NCBI GenBank assembly: GCA_016181985.1
Contig: JACOYG010000020.1
Coordinates: forward strand, 1 to 49,253
Length of the DNA: 49,253 bases
Origin: Candidatus Nealsonbacteria bacterium
GTDB taxonomy: Bacteria > Patescibacteriota > Minisyncoccia > Minisyncoccales > MHMH01
Direction: 5' to 3'
Shown here: piece by piece, positions 8,372-16,181 of the stretch
Layout of the letters: each line of letters starts with the position of its first letter
How positions within the stretch are numbered: the stretch's first letter is position 1
Program-made: the position numbers and the translations under genes
Notes under the pieces: generated by a model
What the model saw: the letters and a program-made list of their open reading frames with translations, nothing else
Database searches by the model: none
What the model was told of the DNA's origin: nothing

Positions 8372-9306
8372 TTGCGTAAAGGAAAATATCTTCTGGAAAA
8401 ATAACAATTAATGCACGAAGGGAAACTCTTATAATTTATTTCGGAAAACTTCTCTCTTATTTCATTAAATTCTTTGCCGTTCCATAAATCATACAGATTA
8501 TAATTTTCCGTCATGCGTCCTGCGATAAGATCATCCGCCATCATGGCATTGCAGCAAAGGCGAACTTCGCCGTCCCAATCAACGGTCATACGGCTGAAAG
8601 GAAAAGAGCAAGGCACCTGCATATATGTGCCCCTCAACAGCTTGGGAAGTTTTAAGAAACCCGCCCAGTTTGCCATTATTTTCGGCTCATGAGTATCAAA
8701 ATTCAAATTGTTATATTTTTGATAAAACTCTTTTTGATAGGCGGGTATTTCTTCTAAAAAATCGCTGAACGGCCTTAATCTGATCTGCCCCTTAAAACCG
8801 GCTTTTTCGGCGGCGGCTAAAAACGAATGTATGTTTTTTAAAACATTGTCATATGCCCCGACGCCGACTATTTTATTATAATTTTCCCTGTTGAGCGTAT
8901 AAAAAGAAACTTCCACCAAGTCGGTTTTAGCGTCAATGAGAGCTTGGGATATTTCCCGGCTGACGCTTAAAAAATTCGTGGAAATATGTATTTTTAAGCC
9001 GCGGGAAGAAGCGTAGTTGAGAAAATCAATAAACTTAGGATGCAAAGTGGCTTCGCCGAATAAGCCAAATCCCAAATTGGTTTTTGAATGAAATTTATCC
9101 GCTAGGCAATCCGCCAAAGACCTAAAAAGGGATTCTTCCATAAATCCCCTGTTCTTTTTTATGCTGCCGTTCAGACAAAAAGAGCACTTCAGATTGCAGG
9201 AATTAGTCAGCCCAATATCAACCTCTCTGGGAAACTGCAGAACAATCGGCTTGTCGGCCATGCCTGCTTTTCTGGCAATTTTGTAAAAAATATCCGGTAT
9301 TCTCAT
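8368..9306 (-). CDS. Radical SAM protein with a Cys-rich C-terminal SPASM/twitch-like region
   Basis: N-terminal cluster TNSCNLKCSFC. C-terminal VPCSF...VRLCCNAMM...FPSCINC. Start set at ATG 9306 (MRIPDIF), an ATGA overlap with the stop of 9303..10268. Confidence 0.75.
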   Translation of the reverse strand: MRIPDIFYKIARKAGMADKPIVLQFPREVDIGLTNSCNLKCSFCLNGSIKKNRGFMEESLFRSLADCLADKFHSKTNLGFGLFGEATLHPKFIDFLNYASSRGLKIHISTNFLSVSREISQALIDAKTDLVEVSFYTLNRENYNKIVGVGAYDNVLKNIHSFLAAAEKAGFKGQIRLRPFSDFLEEIPAYQKEFYQKYNNLNFDTHEPKIMANWAGFLKLPKLLRGTYMQVPCSFPFSRMTVDWDGEVRLCCNAMMADDLIAGRMTENYNLYDLWNGKEFNEIREKFSEINYKSFPSCINCYFSRRYFPLRK

Positions 9307-10268
9307 ATTAGCTCCGGTCTCCAATAGTCTAAAGTATCTTTTAAAGTTTTATCAAAATTAATTTCAGGATACCAGCCGGTGGCTTCTTTAAACTTGCTTG
9401 AATCGCAAATAAGAACCGGCACGTCGCTGGGCCTCATCAAATTTTGGTCTTGCATTATCTCAACCTTGACTCCTGAAAAAGCAACCAAAGTATTAAGGAC
9501 TTCACTGATACGATGGCCCTGGCCCGAGCCGATGTTATAGGGCTCGCCGAACTTGCATTTTTCGGTCGCCAGCCAATAAGCCCTGACCATGTCTCGGACG
9601 TCTGAAAAATCGCGGATTGCTTCCAAATTTCCCACTCTCATTATCGGCTCCTGCTTGCCTTTTTCTATGCTGGCTATTTGCGACGCAAAAGCGGAAGTGA
9701 CGTATTGTTTTCCTCTCCTCGGACCCTCATGATTAAAAGCGCGGGTTATGACAGTTTTCAACCCATAACTTTTATAATACTGGCAAGCCAGCATATCTTG
9801 AGTAACTTTTGATACCGCATAAGGAGAAAGAGGCCTTAAAGGATTGGTTTCTTTGATCGGCAATTCATTTTCGTAAACTAAGCCATATTCTTCGGAAGAT
9901 CCAGCAATGTGGATAACCGGATTAAGTTTTAATTCTCTTAAAACTTCGAAAATATTCAATTCGGCGATAATGTTATTGCACAAGGTATGTTCCGGCGACG
10001 CCCACGAAGACGGTACGAAAGCTTGAGCGGCCAAATGAAAAATCTTGTCGGGTCTTACCTGACTAATGACTCTGGCAACGCCGACTCTATTTGTGAGGTC
10101 GCATTCCAAAAGCTTAATCTTGTCTTTTATTCGCTCAATTCTTTTGAGTTCGTCTCCGAGATGGTGCGACAACACCGTGCCGAAGACCTCCACATCGGGC
10201 AAACCCAAACAATACTCAGCCAGGTGAGATCCCACGAAACCAGTTATGCCTGTGATTAAAATTTTCAT
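9303..10268 (-). CDS. SDR of the GDP-mannose 4,6-dehydratase / GDP-4-keto-6-deoxy-D-mannose reductase (Gmd/Rmd) branch
   Basis: 321 aa. GITGFVGSHL Rossmann motif, YAVSK catalytic Y-x3-K, and NHEGPRRG plus GNLEAIRDFSDVRD, motifs typical of the Gmd/Rmd family. Confidence 0.75.
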   Translation of the reverse strand: MKILITGITGFVGSHLAEYCLGLPDVEVFGTVLSHHLGDELKRIERIKDKIKLLECDLTNRVGVARVISQVRPDKIFHLAAQAFVPSSWASPEHTLCNNIIAELNIFEVLRELKLNPVIHIAGSSEEYGLVYENELPIKETNPLRPLSPYAVSKVTQDMLACQYYKSYGLKTVITRAFNHEGPRRGKQYVTSAFASQIASIEKGKQEPIMRVGNLEAIRDFSDVRDMVRAYWLATEKCKFGEPYNIGSGQGHRISEVLNTLVAFSGVKVEIMQDQNLMRPSDVPVLICDSSKFKEATGWYPEINFDKTLKDTLDYWRPELI

Positions 10269-11350
10269 AAAATAGATTTATATACTTTAAAATATTGATC
10301 GACTGTTTTGTCCCAATTCATTTCTTTGGCAACCGCCATGCCATTTTCTCCCAATTTTTTGGCAAAATCCTGATTATCAAATAATTTTATTATTGCCTTA
10401 GCGGTGTTTTCAACGTCGTTTTGAGGCGCCAATAATCCGTTATAATTATCCTTGATGATATCTTCCGCCCCGCAGTCCGATGAGCCTATCACCGGCAATC
10501 CGGAAGCGTTGGCTTCAAGATAAACCAAGCCGAATCCTTCGAAATTATTTTCGATATTGATCGGGGTCAATAAAAATATATCCGCTTTGCCGTATAATCC
10601 GATCAATTCTTCATCTTCTATATTCTGCCAAAAAAAGATATTTTCTTCAAGCCCGAGATTTTTTGACAGTTCTTTCAATTTACTGAAATAAGCCGTATGA
10701 GACTGATCTCCTACGATGTGATATTTAATGTCCGGATATTTTTCTTTCGCTTTAGCTACCGCCCGAATCGCAACATGATAGCCCTTTCTCGGTTTCAGGG
10801 CTCCTACGCTGAGAATAATCCTGCTTGCCTGCCCCGAGCGAAGCCGAGGAGCTCCGGCAAATCTCCCGCAATCTACGCCCAAATTAACAACTTCTATATT
10901 ATTTAATTTAATTCTTTTTAAAATTTCTTTTTGAGTGAAATTACTGATGCATAAAATCTTGTCGGCTTTTTTATAGGCCCACTTCAGCAAATTCTTTATC
11001 GGAAATTGCTCGAGCGGCAAAACGGAATAAGTGCCGACACCGTTAATAACCAAACGTTTTTTTAAGCCGATGCCCGCCAAAGCTCCGATAACGCCGTAAG
11101 GATACCCGTCAAAAGCGTGAATAATGTCGCATTGCTTTGCGTATCGCCTGATTTTACGAAGCGGCGAAAAAATTCCTTTCGAAGAAAAGGTATCAGGCAG
11201 AACCTGTTTTACAAAATCGAGATCGCTTTTTCTTCTTGTTAAAACAATAACTTCAGCGCCCCTTTCTTTAACTCTCCGAATAATTTCCCAAGCATAACGG
11301 CCGATGCCGGACTTTACGTCCACGCTATCGTTTAGAAACAAAATCTTCAT
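10265..11350 (-). CDS. Glycosyltransferase family 4
   Basis: 361 aa. C-terminal EGFGLVYLEANASGLPVIGSSDCGAEDIIKDNYNGLL (E-x7-E). First gene of the ATGA-coupled minus-strand operon 11350->5027. Confidence 0.85.
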   Translation of the reverse strand: MKILFLNDSVDVKSGIGRYAWEIIRRVKERGAEVIVLTRRKSDLDFVKQVLPDTFSSKGIFSPLRKIRRYAKQCDIIHAFDGYPYGVIGALAGIGLKKRLVINGVGTYSVLPLEQFPIKNLLKWAYKKADKILCISNFTQKEILKRIKLNNIEVVNLGVDCGRFAGAPRLRSGQASRIILSVGALKPRKGYHVAIRAVAKAKEKYPDIKYHIVGDQSHTAYFSKLKELSKNLGLEENIFFWQNIEDEELIGLYGKADIFLLTPINIENNFEGFGLVYLEANASGLPVIGSSDCGAEDIIKDNYNGLLAPQNDVENTAKAIIKLFDNQDFAKKLGENGMAVAKEMNWDKTVDQYFKVYKSIL

Positions 11351-11409
11351 ATGATTCTATCGTAGAAAAAACCGGCGAAGGTGTCAACAGGTGCCAAAAT
11401 GGTTCACAA

Positions 11410-11450
11410 GTAAAATAAAAAGGTTTGGCCGTAAATGCGACCGAACCTTC
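11410..11450 (-). terminator. Intrinsic terminator candidate after the Cys-repeat protein gene
   Basis: The minus-strand RNA reads AAGGUUCGGUC-GCAUUUAC-GGCCAAACCUU (11-position stem with one mismatch and one wobble) followed by UUUUUAUUUU. It lies between the stop at 11477 and the next start at 11350. Confidence 0.6.
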
Positions 11451-11476
11451 TATTTTTTTAATTAACTTTACCTGTT

Positions 11477-13156
11477 TTAGTGGACTAAAAAATTAAGAGC
11501 TTGAACAACTGAAGATAAGAAAGAATTTGAGTTAAGAGAACCGCTGGGCGCCGGAGCGGGTTCAGGAAAAGATCCCGGCGCCGAATTCTGTTCTGGAGCA
11601 GGCGGCAGTTGAAATTCGGCTGGCGGTTGCTGATATTCGGCGGGAGCTTGGCAACCCTCACCCTCGCAAGGAATGGGATTCATGGGATATTGCTGGCCTG
11701 GCCCAAATTCACCGGAAGAAGGCGGCATGCCCGGACCCGATCCTCCGGACTGAAAATTATCTGATGGTTCATTGGGATATTGAGGCTGGTCCATAGGCGA
11801 TTGTTGCTGCGGAGGAGCGCCGCATTCTTCCTGGTGCGATTGGCAGTAATCCTCGCATTCTTCCGGACTTTGGCATCCGCCCGGGCCCGTTTGCTTTTGA
11901 AATTCGTCTCCCGGAGGTATAGATCCTCCTTCACTGTATCCTCCCTCTCCTTGGGGCGGCCCCATTTTTTCAAAACAAGCGCGGACTTTCTCGCCATTAT
12001 CTTGAAAAGGCATCATCTCTCCGCTTTTTATTTTTTCCATCGTATCAGCCCCAATTTCGAAATTAAGACAATTAATTACCTCGGACGGCGCCTGCTGCAG
12101 CGACTCATTAAATCTTTGATTGCCTTCTTCCATTTGTTTTAAATCTTCTTCGGATATCAATCCATTGTCTTTTGCAAAATTAAAACAGGCTTGCTGATTG
12201 GCTAGGTCATTGCAAAATGCCTCGCACTCTTCTTTTCCCTTGCAATCACCCGGTCCCTTGCCTCCCGTTTTACGCGCCATGGCGGCGTCTTCTTCCGACA
12301 TAAATCCGGCAGCTACGGCAAAATTAGTGCACTCCTCAAAATGCTCTTCTTGCCCGCAATAATTATCACACCCTTCCTTACCCTTGCACTTCGGCGGATT
12401 TATCCCATTTTTGATTGCCGCTAACATCTTCTGCGAGTTAGCTTTTTCCTGGTCCGACATCATTCCGGCTTCCATCGCAAAATTCATGCAAACTTCCATA
12501 TTATCCGGAGCGCTGCAATAGGCATCACAAGCATCTTTGCCCCTGCAAGGCGGCGGCTTCACCCCTCTCTTAACTGCCGCCAATACTTTTTCGGCGCCTT
12601 CAAGCTCCTCGCCTTCCAAAAAACCAGCTTCTTTGGCAAAAATAATGCATTCTTCCATATGATCCGATTCTTCGCAATAAGCATCGCAGGCTTTCTTATT
12701 GCCGCACGGCGGAGCTTTTACGCCGCTGGCGATAGCTTTTTGAACTTTTTTAGCTTCCGCCAGTTCTTGAGGCGACATCAAATTATTTTTTTCTGCAAAA
12801 GACACGCATTCATCCAAATGATTCATATCATTACAGTATGTTTCGCAGGAATCTTTTGTGCCGCATCCGCCGGGACCCTTGCCGCCGGCTTTAATAAAAT
12901 TATTAGCCATCTCAACTTCTTCTTCCGACATTAAATTGTTCTCTTCAGCAAAGTCCACGCAAGCTCTAAGATTTTCCGGATTATCACAGTAAGATTTGCA
13001 ATCATCTTTGCTTTTACAATCACCGAGCTCCTGAACGGGATATTGTATGCCCGCTTCGCCGGCTGTTTCTTGGCCGAAAACATTATTAACAAAAATAAAT
13101 GCGCCTACGGCCGCAAACCCCATAATAAGAAAACTAAAAAAATGCTTTGTTCTCAT
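11477..13156 (-). CDS. Secreted or membrane-anchored Cys-rich tandem-repeat protein with a Pro/Gln-rich C-terminal region
   Basis: 559 aa. N-terminal hydrophobic signal/anchor FFSFLIMGFAAVGAFIFVNNVFG, six 44-53-aa modules each with Cx5Cx3Cx8C, a seventh degenerate Cx5Cx3Cx6C, then a low-complexity P/Q/G-rich tail. Confidence 0.8.
   Translation of the reverse strand: MRTKHFFSFLIMGFAAVGAFIFVNNVFGQETAGEAGIQYPVQELGDCKSKDDCKSYCDNPENLRACVDFAEENNLMSEEEVEMANNFIKAGGKGPGGCGTKDSCETYCNDMNHLDECVSFAEKNNLMSPQELAEAKKVQKAIASGVKAPPCGNKKACDAYCEESDHMEECIIFAKEAGFLEGEELEGAEKVLAAVKRGVKPPPCRGKDACDAYCSAPDNMEVCMNFAMEAGMMSDQEKANSQKMLAAIKNGINPPKCKGKEGCDNYCGQEEHFEECTNFAVAAGFMSEEDAAMARKTGGKGPGDCKGKEECEAFCNDLANQQACFNFAKDNGLISEEDLKQMEEGNQRFNESLQQAPSEVINCLNFEIGADTMEKIKSGEMMPFQDNGEKVRACFEKMGPPQGEGGYSEGGSIPPGDEFQKQTGPGGCQSPEECEDYCQSHQEECGAPPQQQSPMDQPQYPNEPSDNFQSGGSGPGMPPSSGEFGPGQQYPMNPIPCEGEGCQAPAEYQQPPAEFQLPPAPEQNSAPGSFPEPAPAPSGSLNSNSFLSSVVQALNFLVH
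12113..13018 (-). repeat. Six tandem protein-level repeats (aa 47-348) inside CDS 11477..13156
   Basis: Modules begin CKSKDDCKSYC, CGTKDSCETYC, CGNKKACDAYC, CRGKDACDAYC, CKGKEGCDNYC and CKGKEECEAFC. Each is followed by ...C.(N/I/S/D)FA.(E/K/D/A)(N/A)G(L/F/M)(M/L/I)S. The codon of Cys47 was verified at 13018-13016. Confidence 0.85.
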
Positions 13157-13158
13157 GT

Positions 13159-13422
13159 TTATTCAAAAGGATTAGTTTTAATATTTTGATACGGATTAAT
13201 TTTATCGACCGGGTTAATATCGGGCTTATTTTCTAAGGGGTTCGTCTGCAATGACGGTAAAACTCCCTGCGTGGCGCTATCCTTTATTTTATTTGCCGCT
13301 TCGTTTATTTTATCTAAAGCATTTGTTTCGGTATTCTTTTTATTCCAATAAAAATAACCGCCGGCGGCAGCTCCCGCAATTGATAGAATAATAATCGCTA
13401 AAATGATTTTTTTATTAACCAT
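13159..13422 (-). CDS. Small N-terminally anchored hypothetical protein
   Basis: 87 aa. TM segment IILAIIILSIAGAAAGGYFYW and an NP-rich tail (TNPLENKPDINPVDKINPYQNIKTNPFE). Its stop is 2 nt before the start of the Cys-repeat gene. Confidence 0.55.
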   Translation of the reverse strand: MVNKKIILAIIILSIAGAAAGGYFYWNKKNTETNALDKINEAANKIKDSATQGVLPSLQTNPLENKPDINPVDKINPYQNIKTNPFE

Positions 13423-13477
13423 GGTGTTTAATTAATTATACTCTGATTTTTATTCCAACTCCACTATCTATGATTTT

Positions 13478-13504
13478 ATTATACCAAAAAATCTTGCCTG
13501 TCGA
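13478..13504 (-). promoter_or_regulatory. Candidate promoter with an extended -10 for the operon 13422->11477
   Basis: The minus strand reads TCGACA, 15-nt spacer, TGgTATAAT. The -35 lies inside the 16-nt palindrome TGCCTGTCGACAGGCA (13495-13510). Confidence 0.45.
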
Positions 13505-13585
13505 CAGGCAGGCGCTTCTTTTGAAGATTACGAGAGAGCAGTACTTCACGATAAAGCAAGAAAAGAGATAAAAATTTAGCCGAAA

Positions 13586-13622
13586 AACAAACACCGCCGG
13601 AAAAAATAGGCGGTGTTTTTAT
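13586..13622 (-). terminator. Intrinsic terminator after CDS 13652..13843
   Basis: 10-bp stem AAACACCGCC/GGCGGTGTTT (13588-13597 and 13609-13618) followed on the minus strand by GUUUUUC. T-runs flank it on both strands. Confidence 0.7.
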
Positions 13623-13651
13623 CTAAAGATGCGAATCTTTTATCTTGGCAA

Positions 13652-13843
13652 TTAACAGCATTTGCAATGACCCATCATTTTCTTGAGACCCATCACGATC
13701 ACGATAGACGGCCAAATAACGTTTGCCGCGCCAACGCTTAGGGTGCCGAGCTCTTTGAACAAGAAGGTGAGCCCAAGCAATACTATCAGCATCGGCATAA
13801 CTTTATGATGCGCGCATTTGCAGGTATTTTGCGTATTTTCCAT
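13652..13843 (-). CDS. Small two-TM membrane protein with Cys/His-rich termini
   Basis: 63 aa. N-terminal CKCAHH, two hydrophobic helices, and C-terminal GHCKCC. It has its own candidate promoter and terminator. Confidence 0.6.
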   Translation of the reverse strand: MENTQNTCKCAHHKVMPMLIVLLGLTFLFKELGTLSVGAANVIWPSIVIVMGLKKMMGHCKCC

Positions 13844-13882
13844 AAAATTTATTTATTATTAATAATAATGGACCTTTAATAT

Positions 13883-13910
13883 ATTATACCATTTTAAAGA
13901 ATAATTTAAA
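13883..13910 (-). promoter_or_regulatory. Candidate promoter with an extended -10 for CDS 13652..13843
   Basis: The minus strand reads TTTAAA, 16-nt spacer, TGgTATAAT. It overlaps the stop codon of 13906..14550. Confidence 0.4.
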
Positions 13911-14550
13911 ATTTCCTGAATTCGCCCGGACCTACGAATTTTACTTTTCCGCTTTCAACCGATATCGCTTGAAAATCGGTTATGGCAAAAATCGGATAAG
14001 AAACTTTATTCTTATTCTCTTTTATAATAACTTCATATTCTGTAATATAATGAGGAACAATAATAAAATCGACTAATCCTATCCCTCGCAAATCTTTCAA
14101 CCCCACAGCATTTTCATCCCAATCTGGAGACCACCCGGCCGATGAAATATCTTTACCGATAATTATACTGCCCGCGCTAACGCCAACATAAATTCCTCCC
14201 CTGTCTAAAAATGATCCGAGCGCCTTATCGAATCCGCTCTCTCTTGCGTATTTCATCAAATAAAAAGTGTTCCCGCCTCCCACAAAAACTACGTCAAAAT
14301 TTTCTAATTTTTCTTTTAAGGATTCCCCATTTTCTTTTCTTAAATCAACATCCGTTATGTTTTTAAATCCCAATTCCGACAATCGGTTCTTTCCCTCTTT
14401 TATGTAGGGCGCATTTCCTTCAGGATAATGGTCAAACGAAGCGGTGGAAATAAGGCACATTCTTGTTTCTTCCGGCTTCTTATCGAGTAATTTTAAAAAT
14501 ACCGCAGTTGTTTCCGGAACTAATCCCGCCGATGTTAAAAATAATTTCAT
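13906..14550 (-). CDS. Peptidase family S51 (dipeptidase E-like)
   Basis: 214 aa. MKLFLTSAG..., VVFVGGGNTFYLM and GGIYVGVSAGSII (nucleophile Ser context) match the PepE/cyanophycinase-type fold. Confidence 0.75.
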   Translation of the reverse strand: MKLFLTSAGLVPETTAVFLKLLDKKPEETRMCLISTASFDHYPEGNAPYIKEGKNRLSELGFKNITDVDLRKENGESLKEKLENFDVVFVGGGNTFYLMKYARESGFDKALGSFLDRGGIYVGVSAGSIIIGKDISSAGWSPDWDENAVGLKDLRGIGLVDFIIVPHYITEYEVIIKENKNKVSYPIFAITDFQAISVESGKVKFVGPGEFRKF

Positions 14551-14554
14551 AAAC

Positions 14555-14821
14555 CTAAATTTTGATTATCAAGTAAATTATCAAAATGATAAACGCTAAT
14601 CCCCAATAAGCGGTCCAAAATCGATCATATATCTTCCGCCGGTTTTCTCTCTGGACTGGTCCGTTCAGAGTTTTTTTCCAATAGAGATGGGGAAAGTAAT
14701 AGGAAAATATCGACTTACTTCTGGTAAGCTTTACTTCCCACCCAAACAACATAATTACATGGAGAGAAAAATCCCAAAAAATCATTACGGCTAAAAAGTA
14801 TAAAACAAAATCTAAATTCAT
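14555..14821 (-). CDS. Small hypothetical membrane protein
   Basis: 88 aa, with hydrophobic segments at both ends. No recognisable motifs. Confidence 0.45.
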   Translation of the reverse strand: MNLDFVLYFLAVMIFWDFSLHVIMLFGWEVKLTRSKSIFSYYFPHLYWKKTLNGPVQRENRRKIYDRFWTAYWGLAFIILIIYLIIKI

Positions 14822-14837
14822 AATTTAACTATATTAG

Positions 14838-14866
14838 ATTATAATAGATTACAATCTCTACATCAA
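14838..14866 (-). promoter_or_regulatory. Candidate promoter for 14821->13906
   Basis: The minus strand reads TTGATG, 17-nt spacer, TATAAT (plus-strand attata at 14838-14843). It lies directly after the recQ stop. Confidence 0.4.
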
Positions 14867-16123
14867 CTACTTTCTAAGTCCGAGGCAGTAATCACAGCCT
14901 TGGCAATTATCGTGCTTGTCGGAGCTTTCGTCTCCGAAATAGTCCAGAATTATTTTTCTTTTGCAGGAATTCGCCATAACATATTTTTCTACCTGCTTGA
15001 GCTTGTGATATTTCAGATCGCGCACGCGGCAGGCCTCTTCCTCCGGTTTGCCGCGTTCCACCGAATCTTCGTAGCTTTTGCGGATAAAATAATTTTGAAG
15101 CGCGCTGTCTGCTCCGCTGTGCAGCAAAACGCAGGTGGCCGGTTTGGAATCGCGGCCCGCGCGTCCGGCTTCCTGGTAATACCTTTCCAGGGTTCCGGGC
15201 ATGCCGGCGTGTATAACAAATCGCACATCGGACTTATCAATGCCCATGCCAAAAGCGATGGTGGCTACGATTACGGATAATTTATCTTTCATAAATGCTT
15301 CCTGGATAACCGTTCTGTCGTCTGTTTTTAAACCCGCGTGATAAGGCAAAGCGGAAATTCCGGCACCGGTTAAAAACGCGGCGAGCTCCTCTGCTTTGTC
15401 GCGCTTGCCCACATACACAATGCCGGGCTTTGGCAGGGATTTTACCAAGCGCAAAACTTCCGAGTCGCGCGAAAACTCATCCATCCAGCCGCAAGTTAAA
15501 AATCGCAAATTGGGCCTATCAAAACCTCTGATAAAAATCTGCGGATTTTTGAGGCCCAAACGCTCGGCGATATCGTCTCTCACCTCGGGGGTAGCCGTAG
15601 CGGTAAAGCCGGCGACAATGGGTCGTTTAGGCAAAGAATCGATGCGTTCTTTAATAACGCGGTAATCGGGGCGGAAATCATGGCCCCATGTTGAAACGCA
15701 ATGCGCCTCGTCAATTGCTACGAAATTTATCGGCATTTCCTGCAAAATCGAACTAAAATCGCTATTAAAGCGCTCGGGCGCAATATAGAGAATCTTTATT
15801 TTCCCATTTATCGCCTCGCCGATCGTCTTCTTAACTTCTTTTTCTGTGAGCGATGAATTGATAAAGGAAGCTAAAATTTTCCTTTTTCGCAAAACATCAA
15901 CCTGATCTTTCATGAGCGCGATTAAAGGAGAAATCACCAGCGTTATTCCTTCAAGAATTAACGCGGGCAATTGGTAACAAAGCGATTTGCCGCCTCCGGT
16001 AGGCATGACGGCCAAAGTGTCGCGGCCGTCTAAAATGCTTTGGATAATTTCTTCCTGTCCCGGCCGGAATTGATTAAACTTGTAATATCGTTTAAGTAAA
16101 CTATTTATCGTATTTTCCTTCAT
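14867..16123 (-). CDS. recQ: RecQ-family ATP-dependent DNA helicase, minimal form (helicase core plus Zn-binding, no WH/HRDC)
   Basis: 418 aa. FRPGQEEII, Walker A MPTGGGKSLCYQLPA, DEAHC, and a RecQ-Ct zinc motif CKRKIILDYFGD...CQGCDYC. The protein ends 5 aa after that motif. Confidence 0.85.
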   Translation of the reverse strand: MKENTINSLLKRYYKFNQFRPGQEEIIQSILDGRDTLAVMPTGGGKSLCYQLPALILEGITLVISPLIALMKDQVDVLRKRKILASFINSSLTEKEVKKTIGEAINGKIKILYIAPERFNSDFSSILQEMPINFVAIDEAHCVSTWGHDFRPDYRVIKERIDSLPKRPIVAGFTATATPEVRDDIAERLGLKNPQIFIRGFDRPNLRFLTCGWMDEFSRDSEVLRLVKSLPKPGIVYVGKRDKAEELAAFLTGAGISALPYHAGLKTDDRTVIQEAFMKDKLSVIVATIAFGMGIDKSDVRFVIHAGMPGTLERYYQEAGRAGRDSKPATCVLLHSGADSALQNYFIRKSYEDSVERGKPEEEACRVRDLKYHKLKQVEKYVMANSCKRKIILDYFGDESSDKHDNCQGCDYCLGLRK

Positions 16124-16181
16124 GCTAATTAAATTAACGTGCTTATGCTTATTCTCGTATCATTTCGACATATCCATCGTA

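Noticed and set aside
11477-13156. Cys-rich repeat protein as a RiPP precursor for the SPASM or B12 radical SAM enzymes
   Set aside because: It is 559 aa with an N-terminal secretion signal/anchor and has its own promoter and terminator. It is not adjacent to or co-oriented in an operon with an rSAM gene. No leader-peptide-like short ORF was found next to the rSAM genes either. The idea cannot be excluded, but it is unsupported.
13470-13571. 33-aa plus-strand ORF (MILLYQKILPVDRQALLLKITREQYFTIKQEKR) in the 13423-13651 intergenic region
   Set aside because: It runs opposite to all neighbouring genes and spans the promoter and palindrome of the minus-strand operon. It has no RBS and no recognisable features.
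13423-13651. Longest intergenic region checked for a tRNA or structured ncRNA
   Set aside because: No cloverleaf-compatible arms or conserved T-loop (GTTCGAATC-like) sequence were found. The content is explained by a promoter, a palindrome and a terminator.
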